DNA from: an uncultured candidate division Zixibacteria bacterium
Lineage (GTDB): Bacteria > Zixibacteria > MSB-5A5 > GN15 > FEB-12
Length of the DNA stretch: 64,000 bases
NCBI GenBank assembly: GCA_963664195.1
Contig: OY760907.1
Location: forward strand, 3,552,001 to 3,616,000
Reading direction: 5' to 3'
Position numbers and translations under genes: made by a program. The notes beneath the pieces were generated by a model, which worked only from the letters and a program-made list of their open reading frames with translations, was not told where the DNA came from and ran no database searches. This document shows positions 27,605-38,017 of the stretch, piece after piece; within the stretch, counting starts at the first letter, position 1, and the number at the start of each line of letters is the position of its first letter.

Positions 27605-27742
27605 GCCCTGTTCAGTCTGGCGTCTTTTGGACAACGGGGCAGGAAAACTGTTCAACTTCTGAACATTGACGCATTTGGCTCAACATACTCCGGATCGGGG
27701 CCTCTCGGGATTTTGTCAACTTGGAACGCTTCTCAGGTAAGC

Positions 27743-27896
27743 CTATGATTGTCAATGTCTTGCATTGATGTCGCGGCTTCGTGTTCGGATTAAGCTCGGC
27801 GCAAAGAAGGGTCATCCGCCCGCCCGCCGGTCCGTTTCATTGCTCGTGAGTTCCAAGTGGCCGCTCTTTTTCATTAATAAAGTCTATGATTGTCAA
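27743..27896. repeat. Exact 13-bp direct repeat CTATGATTGTCAA x2 upstream of the giant-protein operon
   Basis: Copies at 27743-27755 and 27884-27896. Confidence 0.7.
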
Positions 27897-27928
27897 GGAG
27901 ATGGGGGGGATATCCGATATGCTGTCCT

Positions 27929-30900
27929 ATGCATCTGGTTGGACTAAATAGAATATGTGGCCCGATTCTCTTAGCCTTCGCGGTCCTGCTGACATTTGGC
28001 GTTACGTCAACAATGGCAACGCACTACTATGTCTCCTCCACAGGCGACAACGGGCTGGACGGCCTCTCCGAAGGTACTGCCTGGGAGTCGATTGACAACG
28101 GTGATTTAACCGCTGTCCTCGTGCCCGGCGATACCGTGAACGTTCTTTCCGGTACGTACACCCTCTCATCCGCAATTGCTCTGACCACCAGTGGCACCTC
28201 TGGCAATCCGATCGTGTATCGGAAGTTCGGTTCCGAACCGACTGTTCTGGATGGTGATGACAACAATTTTGTCCTGTTGACAATCAGCGCACAGTACCTG
28301 GTACTTCAGGGTTTTGAGATAATCAATACCCGTGACCACGGCATTCTTGTCCAGCAGGGAAACGCTACGGTGACCGAATGCCTCATTCATCATCTGGGCA
28401 AGGAAGGCATCCGGGTTGAAGGGTCTGATGCGCTCCTTCTGCAGAACAAGATTCACAGCGTCGGCGATCACGGCATACACATCCGCGACGCCGCAATAAA
28501 CTGTTTGATATATGGCAATACGATAGCTTACTGCAGCAAGCAGGGCGTTGAAATGCGGGGCGGTGTGGAAACAGCCCGCATTTTCAACAATACCATCATC
28601 GAGAATGACAGGGGCATAAGTGGTAAGGTCGAAAACATCTGCGCTTTCAACAACGTTTGGAACAACTCCAATACTGACTATGACGATCAAGTAGTTGATT
28701 CCGCTAACGGCATCTCCTCTGATCCTCTGTTCATCAACGGTCCCAACGGTGACTTCCGTTTGCAGGCCGGGTCGCCGTGCTTCGATGCCGGTTACGATCT
28801 TGGCTATGCCTTCGAAGGCGCGGCTCCTGACATGGGCGCGGTTGAGTACGACGAGTTTGATGCACGCGGCATGGCGATCTGGAGATCATCGGGCAGCACA
28901 ATCCCAGAATATCGGTTTTTCTACGATTCAACCTTCGCCCCCGAACGAACCGCTGCGGACATTGGCGAGTGGAAGATTATGCAGGGTGCCGTTTCGGTGA
29001 CCCGCGATGAAGCCATCACGATCGGTGTGACAACCGGCGGTGCCGTCACAGGACAGTTGTGGAACGGCAGCGACTGGACCGCATTCCCCGACAACGATCT
29101 CTCCACTGTGAGCGAAACATTCTGGTGGGGCAGCGATGTTGCCTATGAGAAGCTCTCCGGAGACGCCATGATTGTGTGGAACAGCGGAGGAGTCACTTCG
29201 AGGGGCATCGACTACATGACATGGAATGGCAGCACTTACTCCGTTACTGACTCGCTCACCGCCCCGATTGCGACAGAACCTCAACAGATGCAGTTGGTTG
29301 CCAGTCCGAATTCCGACGAAATGGTATTGGTCGTCAGCAACTCAAACAGTGTTGATTATGCGCTTGTCTGGGACGGTACAGCCTGGGACAATTCTGAGGT
29401 GTTGGACAACCCCGGCACCGGTGACAACCGGACCGATATCGCTGTCGCCTATGAACAACAGAGAGGCGACGCATTGGTCGTCTACGGTAACAACAGCGAG
29501 TACGTCTTCTTCCAAAAGTGGGACGGCTCCGCCTGGAGCGTGGAAGACTCGTTGGCTCCACCGGCAGGGGCGACCGGTGATGTTAGATGGTTGACTCTCG
29601 CTGCTAATCCTTTGAGCAACCACATTGCTCTTGGTGTCCTGACGGCAGATAGCGATATCTGGCTGGCAATATGGAATGGGTCTTCCTGGCATACCCCCGA
29701 ACTCGCAACAAATACGGCCAACGGGATGACCTTCCCGGCGGTGGGCGTGGCATTTGAATCAACATCTGGTAACGCTCTGGCCTGCTACGGAGAGGCTACA
29801 AAAGTACAGTATAATGTGTGGCAGAGCGGTTCTGGGTGGTCTGTGGCGGCAACCGCCGCGAACACGGGTGCGAATCCCAACACCGTCCTCCTCAAGTCGG
29901 ATCCCGCTTCGGATGAGATCATGCTATCCGTTCAGGATGACGCCAACGACTTGAATCTGTCTTTGTGGAACGGTTCCATCTGGGGCACGCCGGTCGAACT
30001 GGAGACTGAAACCGGTGAAGACAAGAATCAACCGTTTGAGTTCATGTGGTTTGACCACAGGGAAAACACACCCCCGATTCTTGCTTCCATAGGGGCACAG
30101 TCGGTTACCGAAGGCAACTTGTTGTCCTTCACAGTTACGGCCACAGACGCCGAGTCGACTCCCACTCTGAGCGTGATCCCGATGCCCATAGGCGCCAACT
30201 TGACCGACAACGGCGATGGCACGGGCGATTTCACGTGGACGCCGACTTACCTGCAGGCTGGCACATACAACGTGACCTTCACGGCAACGGATGGCTCAGC
30301 GGCCATTGACAGCGAGGTCGTGACGATCACGGTCACAGAAGCCGGCAACCAGGCCCCAGTGCTGACGGCGATAGGCGCACAATCGACCGACGAAAACGTC
30401 AACCTGAGTTTTGCAGTCTCGGCGACCGATGCTGAGTCAACACCTGCACTGACCACATCCGCATTGCCCGCAGGCGCTAGCTTCACAGACAACGGTGACG
30501 GCAGCGGTGATTTCGATTGGACACCCAGTTTCCTTCAAGCAGGCACGGACAGCATTACGATATACGTAACCGACGATTCGTCGGCAGTCGATAGTCAGAT
30601 CGTCCCGATAACCGTGAGCAATTCTCCCGGACACTTCTTTGTATCTCCGACTGGGGACGACTCCGCCAACGGCCAGACCGAAAGTACCGCCTGGGCCACT
30701 CCGGACAACGGAGATTCGCTGGCAATTCTGCAACCGGGAGACACCATAAATATCCTGCCGGGAACCTATACTCTGTCCAACGAGTGCCACCTGACCAGTT
30801 CCGGTACAGAAGCACTGCCTGTCGTTTATCGCAGGCACGGCGCTGCCGCCGCAATAATCGACATGCAGTACCAGGATTACTCCGTAATCTGGTTAGATGG

Positions 30901-33900
30901 CAGCAATATCACGATCGACGGTCTGACGCTCACCAAATCCAACCGCAACGGCATTTATATGACCGCCGATTCCTGCATTATCACCAACTGTGTCGCCAGC
31001 TTCAATCTCCAGGACGGCATCAATATCGAATCGGGTCATGAGAATGAGCTTCTCCGAAATCAGATGTATGACAACGGCCAGTCAGGGGTAGACAACCTCA
31101 GTACTGCCACAAATACACTGATATACGGAAACACGGTCACTTCAAACACTTCTCGTGGCGTCTACCTGCGTCCCGGAGTGACCACTGTAAGGATATTCAA
31201 CAATGTTGTCGTGAACAACTCGCCGGGAATTGAGGGCAGTGTTCAGAATGTCTGTGCCTACAATGATGTCTGGAACAATGGCTTCAACTACTATCTGGGC
31301 GTCGCTGACTCTGCGGGCGGCATATCCTCGAATCCGCAGTTTGTCAATCCGGCCAGCTATGATTTCACGTTGCAGCCAAGTTCACCCGCAATAGACAAGG
31401 GTCTGGATCTCGGCTATGCATTCGTGGGTCTTGCCCCCGACATGGGCGCATTTGAATCCGGCAACGACCTGCCGATACTGGCGGCTATTGGGCCAAAGGC
31501 GACTGCCGAGGGCGCGAACCTGACGTTTGGCGTCTTGGCTACAGATGTTGAGTCAACACCGGTGTTGACGACTTCTACCCTACCGACTGGCGCAGGATTC
31601 ACAGACAACGGCGACGGCACGGGTGATTTCGACTGGATGCCTGACTTCCTGATGGCGGGCACTCACAACGTTACGTTCTATGCAACCGACGATTCCGCCG
31701 CGGTCGACAGCGAAGTGGTAACGATAACCGTCACAGAGGCTGGCAACCGCTATCCGGTACTGGCAGCCATTGGCGCACAATCGACAACCGAGAACGTCAA
31801 TCTGGCATTTGCCGTCTCAGCCACAGACATCGAATCAACGCCGACGTTGACGACTTCTACCCTACCGACCGGGGCAGGGTTTGTCGACAACGGCAACGGT
31901 ACCGCCGACTTTGATTGGACACCGACCGGAATGCAATCCGGCAGCTACAACGTAACGTTTTATGCCACGGACGATTCATCCGCCGTAGATAGTGAAGTAG
32001 TAGCAATCACCGTGGCCGCTGCGGGGTTGAGCTATATCGCAATCGCGCCGGATTCGGCTGTTGTCAGTGCCGATTCCACGCAGCAGTTCACTGTGCAGGG
32101 ATACGATTCTGAAGGATACGCAACCGACGCCGGCAACCTGACCTGGGGCTTGACAGCCACACTTGGCACGATAGATTCCGCCGGTTTGTTTGATGCAACG
32201 ACAGTCGGTTCGGGGAAAGTGACGGTAACGTCCGACCTCGGCCCCGTAGACACCAGTGCCTATCTGGAAGTGATCCCCGGCGATCTGGCAATCCTGTCGG
32301 TCTCACCGGACTCGGCCCGCGTCGGGGTGGGTGACACCGTCCTGTTCAGCGCCGTCGGGCATGATGCCGACGCTAATGTCACCGACTACGGTTCACTTAC
32401 ATGGAAAGCAATCGGCCGGGTAGGTGATGTCGACGCCTCGGGCATGTTCATTGCGGACAAACCGGGTGCCGGTCGCGTGGCCGCAACCAGCAGCATCGCT
32501 GCATTGGCAGATACTTCGGCCATAATAGACGTCGAAGAACTCGTCATCACTCCGATCGCGCTAGGCAACACGACTATCTCGCCCGGCCAGAGTTCTGCTC
32601 TGGTGATGGCCTTCAGGATTGAGAACTATTTTGACAGCGCAAAAACCCTCACCCAGGTGACTGTTCGTGATGCCTCACAAGGGGCCGGAGATGCTGACGA
32701 CCTGCTGACGAACATTGAAACGGCATCGCTCTATCTGGACGTCGACAACGACTCCTTGTTGTCTGCCAGTGACAGCCTGATAGCAACGGGTACCTACGCG
32801 GCGACTACAGATCTGAGTTTCGCCGCACTCGAAATCACGTCCGGGACTGGCACGACTTTCTTTGTCGCTGTGGATGCCTCACAGTATCCTCGCGATGGTG
32901 ATTCAGCCGACGTGTTTGTCAATCCGGCAACCGATATACAGACGTCCGATGGAACAATCGTGGCTGGCCCCGCAAGTCTCAATTCGCTGGGCTACGGATT
33001 GTTCGACGGGCTGATAGCGTCACAGTTAGGTGTGGCTGCTACCGGCGCCTCGACAATCACTTCGGATGGCGAACGCCACCACGTTTTCTCCCTTGACGTG
33101 CCGCGCAACGGATATGCTGAAGACACACTTGAGGTCGTAAGTCTGCTGTCAGTCGGCACCGCCACGCCTTCAGACCTGGCAGGCCTGTACCTCTATCTGG
33201 ACGACGGCAACAATCTATGGGATACGCCTTCGGGCGAGACCTATCTGGGGCAGCTCGTTTACACCGGCAGCCAATGGATAGCCAGCGGACTGATTGCACC
33301 CATGACAGAACCGATGAATCGCATTTACGTCGCTGCCCTGCTGGCAGAATTCCCGACTAACGGCGCCACGCTCGCCTTTGCAGTACCACCAAATGGCCTC
33401 CAGATGACGTCGCAAAACGACGGCCCCCTGGACGTCGCCACTGTTCCCGCGGACACCGCCACGATTCAGACCGTCGAGGAGCTCATCCTGAGTGCCGCCA
33501 CGATTCCGACTCGGACACTTGTTCCGGGTGAATCCGCAGGTCCGGTACTGGGTCTGGAGTTCTTGAACAGCTATGTAGCATCGTCGACTCTGGACAGCCT
33601 CAGACTGGACCTCATTGCAATTGATCCCCACGGCGCGACGCAAGCCCAACTGGATAGTCAAATCGACAGTCTGGTACTCTACGTTGACAATGACGGTGAT
33701 ATCACAGAGGTGGGGCCAACAGACTCACGAATATCCACTGCCGTACTTGACAATGGGACCGCAGTGTTCACTACCGGCGGTGTTACAATCGCCGGTAGTG
33801 GAGATGTTACGACGTTATTCGTCGTCCCGTTCCTCAGCGCTCAGAACGCGCGTAACGGAAATTCCATCAACCTCAGTTTGATTGAAGCCGGCAGCGTTTA

Positions 33901-36900
33901 CCTCACGGGCGGTATGACAGTCGAGGGTGCATTCCCGCTTAGCAACGCCACCGGCTTTGAGATCGACGCCTTCCCGGCCGCGCTGCTGCCGCTTGATGCC
34001 ATGGAAAGCCACACGTACTTCGGAGGCCAGACCGAATGTCTGCTGATGTCGTTCCGCCTGCCTGGAGACGGTTACGCCCCGGGCACGCTTGAGTCACTCA
34101 GGCTGCGAAATGTCGCGTCGCTGGACCCGACCGAAGCTCTGACAGCCGTCAGACTTCGACACGATTTGAACGGCAATGGCCCGGACGGGACCGATCCTCT
34201 CGTAGGGACCTTTGAGCCCAGGATGGGCGAATGGCTCATGGAACATCAGGCCTATGCGCTTCCGGCCGAGGGTGGCGCGTTCTATGTCACCGCCGACGTC
34301 GCCAGCACACAGTTCGAAGGTGGTGTGCTGAACCCGCAGATACCTGTCGGCGGCGTGGTGTACGGCTCCGGCACCAACGGACCGGACGATCTACCCGTGT
34401 CAAGCACGGCCGCGCATCTGGTCTTCCCGTCGGATCGAATCACGGTCATTTCGATTCCGTCCGCCACAACCACCGTGGCACCGGGTTCAGTTGGCAACCC
34501 GATGCTGACTTTTGCGCTTTACAACGGCTATCGGGACGAGCAGCAAACTCTGCGGGCCTTGAAGTTGACGAATATCTCACGTTCACTATCTACGCAGGAA
34601 TTCGCAGACAGCGAACTCGGCCAGCTATCTTTGTATTTCGACGAAAACAACGACCGCATTCTCGATGGCGACCCGCTGGTCGGCGGCGGACGATTCGCCG
34701 ACGCCAGCCTTCGCATGAGCGGCTTGAGTGTCGATCTCGCGCCCGAATCACTGTCGTACTTTTTTGTGCAAATCGATGTGCCGACTACCGTTATCGATTC
34801 CGACAGCCTGGCCGTTGAGATATCGGGGCCGTCTGACCTGTCCTTCTCGCAGTCTGTCAACGTCAACGGCGATCTTCCCTTGACCAGCAGCGGTTACCTT
34901 GTATGCGACGGTTCGGTGGTCGAGCAGTACAAACTGGTTCCGCTCACACCGCGAACGCTGTCCCCTGGCGATACCTCGGTTACGCTTTTCGGCTTCAAGC
35001 CTGCCTTCAACGGTGATCAGGCCGACGTATTGCAGTCGCTGCGAATTGAGAACACAGAGACAGCCGACGGTGATGATTTCCCCTCGGTCGATCTGTGGAC
35101 AGATATGAACGGCGACGGGATATGGCAGCCCTCGGATTCGCTCCTGGGGGCATTTGCCTACTCCGGCGGCGGTTGGACCATTAGTAGTCTTGGGTTGCCT
35201 GTCGACGAGACCCCGCCGACCTTGTTCATGATCGCTGATGTATCCACAACGGCGACTCCCGATGCTGCTTTCCGGGGTCGCGTGCCGTTAAACGGGTGTA
35301 CATTTGCATCGGCCAACGACGGACCTCGCGACGTGGCGTTGACAACCACGATCACATTCACGATTTCCGATCTCGGACTGGGACTGGCATACACTCAACT
35401 TCAGGAATCGTATTCCGTGGGCCAGACAATCGAGCTGCGCATGCAAGTGTCCAACCTTCTTTCCGATCCCATTGCAGATGTGTACGGCATCGTACTCGAC
35501 ATATCAGATTCGACAGCTGTGGCTCTGGACAGTGCGAACTCCGGCCCCTCTCCTCTGGCTGCTGGAGGAACTGCCGAATTCGTTTACTACTACACGGCTC
35601 TGCAGCCAGGCTCTGTTCGCTGGCATGTCCGCGCCACTGCGCCCGGCGTACCGGATTCATCGGCGTTGATCCAGACGGTTGCTGTAAACATACAGGCCGT
35701 TCCACACAATGTGCCGCTGAGCCTAATTAACTCCGTCCCCACGTCAGTTACAAAAGGTCAGGCCAATCTGTTCCCGGTCAGTATTGTGTTTGTCCACCCG
35801 GACACGGCACAGTCCGCGGCGTCTCTGAGGCTAAACAGCCTGCGATTGCGAGTTGAGGATGCCGAGGGCACGCCGATAAATGCTAGTTCGGTCTTCAATC
35901 AACTGATACTCGCAGCCGGATATTACATTCAGTATGTTTCCGATGAGCCGCCAGACTCACCGTATATGACGATGGACTTCGTCGAGCCGCTGATTGCAGT
36001 TCCCGGTCAATCGACTTCGCTGTCGCTTCTTGTGGGAATCGCCGCCGATGCCACCGCGTCCAGTTTCGCGATAACGCTGGAAGCTGCCTCGGATATCCCG
36101 CTTTTGGACAACAACACGCTGCTCCCGGTCGGCATTGATTCCGGTGTGACCTTCCCGTTGACGTCGGCCTCGTCACGCATTGACGACCCATCGCAGAACA
36201 TGGCTGTCTCGTCCCAGTCCATCGCCGGCGACAAAGTCAATCTCGGACAGGAAGATGTTGAGATGCTGAGACTGCGGCTCCGCCATCCGGGAGGAAGCAG
36301 CACTTCGCAAATTCAGTTCTCGGCCTTGTCCCTGCAGTTGCTGGACAACAGTGACAGTCCCCTGAGAGGCGCTGACATCTGTCGGAGCATTCGGCTTACC
36401 AAGGGTTCGTTTGTCATTGGCGAACTGTCCGGGGCAAACTTGACCTCGACGAGTTTGGATATGCCGCTCAATTCACCGGTGACACTGAACCCCGGTGAGA
36501 CAGACTCGGTGATGATAGAACTCACACTGATCGAGAACTCTCCGGAGCCAGGATTCAAGATAAGCATCTCAGACAGCACTTGCTTCACAGTGCGGGATCT
36601 CAGCTCCGGCTCGACTCTGGACGTCGTAACTGACGAAAGCTTTGTCTCGTCGGGCTCGGCGTTCCCCATCATCTCAGGATGGGTGGCAATCACCAGACCG
36701 GCCAGTACTGTTTCGTACTGTCTCTCTTCGTCCCTTCCCGACGCCATTATCGGTGGTATCGACGAACTCAACATGATCGATATTCAGTTGTCGTATGAGG
36801 CTTCATCCGAGTATTCTCCGGTCCGGATCGAGCACGTTTCGGTGCATGTCACGGACTCTTCGGGGGCACCGTTGGATGCAACAGACTTGTTCGACAGGGT

Positions 36901-38017
36901 GGCAACACGCATCGACGACAACTCGGCTGTATTCCTGCCGTTTATACAAATGGCCGCCGGTGCTGTGGTGTTCGATCTACCGGACGGTGGTCTGGTACTC
37001 AATCCCGGCGACGCCGTGGACATCGGTCTGGTGGCAGACATTGAGGCCGACGTCCCGTTCGATCACTTCGTCCTGACCGTGGCGCCGGCCGGAGCAATTG
37101 CAGTTGTCGATGTTACCGATACCACCAGCCATCCGGGACTCATCGCGGCTGCCGGCTGCACAAATGCGTCGTCTTTCGACACGCCCGCAACACAGGTATT
37201 CCTGCCAGCCGGCAGACCTACGATCACGGTCGAACCGTACGTTACTCAAATAGCGTTCCCGGGGCAGTCGAACCTGGACATTCTGAGCAGCCAGTTGTCG
37301 TATGACAACCTGACCCAACAGGGAACGATAGCGGTACACAGTATGCTCGTAGAGACGCTCAAGCGTACCGAGTCCGGGTTGGCCCCTACACCGGCGGCCT
37401 CAGTATTCAGCGCGGTGCGCCTCATATCCGGCGAACAACTAATAGCCACTGACTCCGTGTTCGCAGGCGACAGTGTTCGATTGATAATAGATGAAGCACT
37501 CGACCTCAAACCGGGCACGGCAAACGAGATATCACTCGTTGTTGACATCAATCCGGCAGCAACAATTGGAAACTACCTCGTGCGACTGGGAGACTCAACC
37601 TGCATCTCTTTGACAGACAAGAACCTGCTCACCGCCGTTTATCCTGTCATGCCCGCCGGTTCAGTCTGGCCCGTCCTTGGCACGGAGATTTCGATATCCG
37701 AGTCCAATCTCGAACACTCGTTCACGAATTACCCGAACCCGTTTAATCCGTCGCTGGGAGACTCGACTGTGATCGGCTACGTGCTGCCTGAAGACGCCCG
37801 GCTCGACATCGAGTTGTTCACGATAACGGGCGAGTTAGTGAAAGAAGTCGCCCGCGACGCCTTCCGCGAAGCCGGTGCCCACCACGATGACATCTGGCTT
37901 GGTAGCAACGACGCAGGTCTCGAGGTCATTCCGGGAACATACTTCTGCCGTATTACCGCCCGGTTCATATCCGGCCGCACGGAATCGTACAGAAGAAAGA
38001 TAGCGGTGATCCGATGA
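27929..38017 (+). CDS. Giant (~3,360 aa) secreted surface protein: two parallel beta-helix modules, WNG/WDG-repeat region, cadherin/Ig-like repeats, beta-sandwich repeats, C-terminal FlgD-Ig/T9SS-type sorting domain
   Basis: Signal peptide after ATG27929. YYVSSTGD/FFVSPTGD...PDMGAxE modules, N..P.L..IG.Q...TDNGDG.G.F.WTP repeats, and terminal FTNYPNPFNP...PGTYFCRI...KIAVIR. Confidence 0.9.
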   Translation: MHLVGLNRICGPILLAFAVLLTFGVTSTMATHYYVSSTGDNGLDGLSEGTAWESIDNGDLTAVLVPGDTVNVLSGTYTLSSAIALTTSGTSGNPIVYRKFGSEPTVLDGDDNNFVLLTISAQYLVLQGFEIINTRDHGILVQQGNATVTECLIHHLGKEGIRVEGSDALLLQNKIHSVGDHGIHIRDAAINCLIYGNTIAYCSKQGVEMRGGVETARIFNNTIIENDRGISGKVENICAFNNVWNNSNTDYDDQVVDSANGISSDPLFINGPNGDFRLQAGSPCFDAGYDLGYAFEGAAPDMGAVEYDEFDARGMAIWRSSGSTIPEYRFFYDSTFAPERTAADIGEWKIMQGAVSVTRDEAITIGVTTGGAVTGQLWNGSDWTAFPDNDLSTVSETFWWGSDVAYEKLSGDAMIVWNSGGVTSRGIDYMTWNGSTYSVTDSLTAPIATEPQQMQLVASPNSDEMVLVVSNSNSVDYALVWDGTAWDNSEVLDNPGTGDNRTDIAVAYEQQRGDALVVYGNNSEYVFFQKWDGSAWSVEDSLAPPAGATGDVRWLTLAANPLSNHIALGVLTADSDIWLAIWNGSSWHTPELATNTANGMTFPAVGVAFESTSGNALACYGEATKVQYNVWQSGSGWSVAATAANTGANPNTVLLKSDPASDEIMLSVQDDANDLNLSLWNGSIWGTPVELETETGEDKNQPFEFMWFDHRENTPPILASIGAQSVTEGNLLSFTVTATDAESTPTLSVIPMPIGANLTDNGDGTGDFTWTPTYLQAGTYNVTFTATDGSAAIDSEVVTITVTEAGNQAPVLTAIGAQSTDENVNLSFAVSATDAESTPALTTSALPAGASFTDNGDGSGDFDWTPSFLQAGTDSITIYVTDDSSAVDSQIVPITVSNSPGHFFVSPTGDDSANGQTESTAWATPDNGDSLAILQPGDTINILPGTYTLSNECHLTSSGTEALPVVYRRHGAAAAIIDMQYQDYSVIWLDGSNITIDGLTLTKSNRNGIYMTADSCIITNCVASFNLQDGINIESGHENELLRNQMYDNGQSGVDNLSTATNTLIYGNTVTSNTSRGVYLRPGVTTVRIFNNVVVNNSPGIEGSVQNVCAYNDVWNNGFNYYLGVADSAGGISSNPQFVNPASYDFTLQPSSPAIDKGLDLGYAFVGLAPDMGAFESGNDLPILAAIGPKATAEGANLTFGVLATDVESTPVLTTSTLPTGAGFTDNGDGTGDFDWMPDFLMAGTHNVTFYATDDSAAVDSEVVTITVTEAGNRYPVLAAIGAQSTTENVNLAFAVSATDIESTPTLTTSTLPTGAGFVDNGNGTADFDWTPTGMQSGSYNVTFYATDDSSAVDSEVVAITVAAAGLSYIAIAPDSAVVSADSTQQFTVQGYDSEGYATDAGNLTWGLTATLGTIDSAGLFDATTVGSGKVTVTSDLGPVDTSAYLEVIPGDLAILSVSPDSARVGVGDTVLFSAVGHDADANVTDYGSLTWKAIGRVGDVDASGMFIADKPGAGRVAATSSIAALADTSAIIDVEELVITPIALGNTTISPGQSSALVMAFRIENYFDSAKTLTQVTVRDASQGAGDADDLLTNIETASLYLDVDNDSLLSASDSLIATGTYAATTDLSFAALEITSGTGTTFFVAVDASQYPRDGDSADVFVNPATDIQTSDGTIVAGPASLNSLGYGLFDGLIASQLGVAATGASTITSDGERHHVFSLDVPRNGYAEDTLEVVSLLSVGTATPSDLAGLYLYLDDGNNLWDTPSGETYLGQLVYTGSQWIASGLIAPMTEPMNRIYVAALLAEFPTNGATLAFAVPPNGLQMTSQNDGPLDVATVPADTATIQTVEELILSAATIPTRTLVPGESAGPVLGLEFLNSYVASSTLDSLRLDLIAIDPHGATQAQLDSQIDSLVLYVDNDGDITEVGPTDSRISTAVLDNGTAVFTTGGVTIAGSGDVTTLFVVPFLSAQNARNGNSINLSLIEAGSVYLTGGMTVEGAFPLSNATGFEIDAFPAALLPLDAMESHTYFGGQTECLLMSFRLPGDGYAPGTLESLRLRNVASLDPTEALTAVRLRHDLNGNGPDGTDPLVGTFEPRMGEWLMEHQAYALPAEGGAFYVTADVASTQFEGGVLNPQIPVGGVVYGSGTNGPDDLPVSSTAAHLVFPSDRITVISIPSATTTVAPGSVGNPMLTFALYNGYRDEQQTLRALKLTNISRSLSTQEFADSELGQLSLYFDENNDRILDGDPLVGGGRFADASLRMSGLSVDLAPESLSYFFVQIDVPTTVIDSDSLAVEISGPSDLSFSQSVNVNGDLPLTSSGYLVCDGSVVEQYKLVPLTPRTLSPGDTSVTLFGFKPAFNGDQADVLQSLRIENTETADGDDFPSVDLWTDMNGDGIWQPSDSLLGAFAYSGGGWTISSLGLPVDETPPTLFMIADVSTTATPDAAFRGRVPLNGCTFASANDGPRDVALTTTITFTISDLGLGLAYTQLQESYSVGQTIELRMQVSNLLSDPIADVYGIVLDISDSTAVALDSANSGPSPLAAGGTAEFVYYYTALQPGSVRWHVRATAPGVPDSSALIQTVAVNIQAVPHNVPLSLINSVPTSVTKGQANLFPVSIVFVHPDTAQSAASLRLNSLRLRVEDAEGTPINASSVFNQLILAAGYYIQYVSDEPPDSPYMTMDFVEPLIAVPGQSTSLSLLVGIAADATASSFAITLEAASDIPLLDNNTLLPVGIDSGVTFPLTSASSRIDDPSQNMAVSSQSIAGDKVNLGQEDVEMLRLRLRHPGGSSTSQIQFSALSLQLLDNSDSPLRGADICRSIRLTKGSFVIGELSGANLTSTSLDMPLNSPVTLNPGETDSVMIELTLIENSPEPGFKISISDSTCFTVRDLSSGSTLDVVTDESFVSSGSAFPIISGWVAITRPASTVSYCLSSSLPDAIIGGIDELNMIDIQLSYEASSEYSPVRIEHVSVHVTDSSGAPLDATDLFDRVATRIDDNSAVFLPFIQMAAGAVVFDLPDGGLVLNPGDAVDIGLVADIEADVPFDHFVLTVAPAGAIAVVDVTDTTSHPGLIAAAGCTNASSFDTPATQVFLPAGRPTITVEPYVTQIAFPGQSNLDILSSQLSYDNLTQQGTIAVHSMLVETLKRTESGLAPTPAASVFSAVRLISGEQLIATDSVFAGDSVRLIIDEALDLKPGTANEISLVVDINPAATIGNYLVRLGDSTCISLTDKNLLTAVYPVMPAGSVWPVLGTEISISESNLEHSFTNYPNPFNPSLGDSTVIGYVLPEDARLDIELFTITGELVKEVARDAFREAGAHHDDIWLGSNDAGLEVIPGTYFCRITARFISGRTESYRRKIAVIR

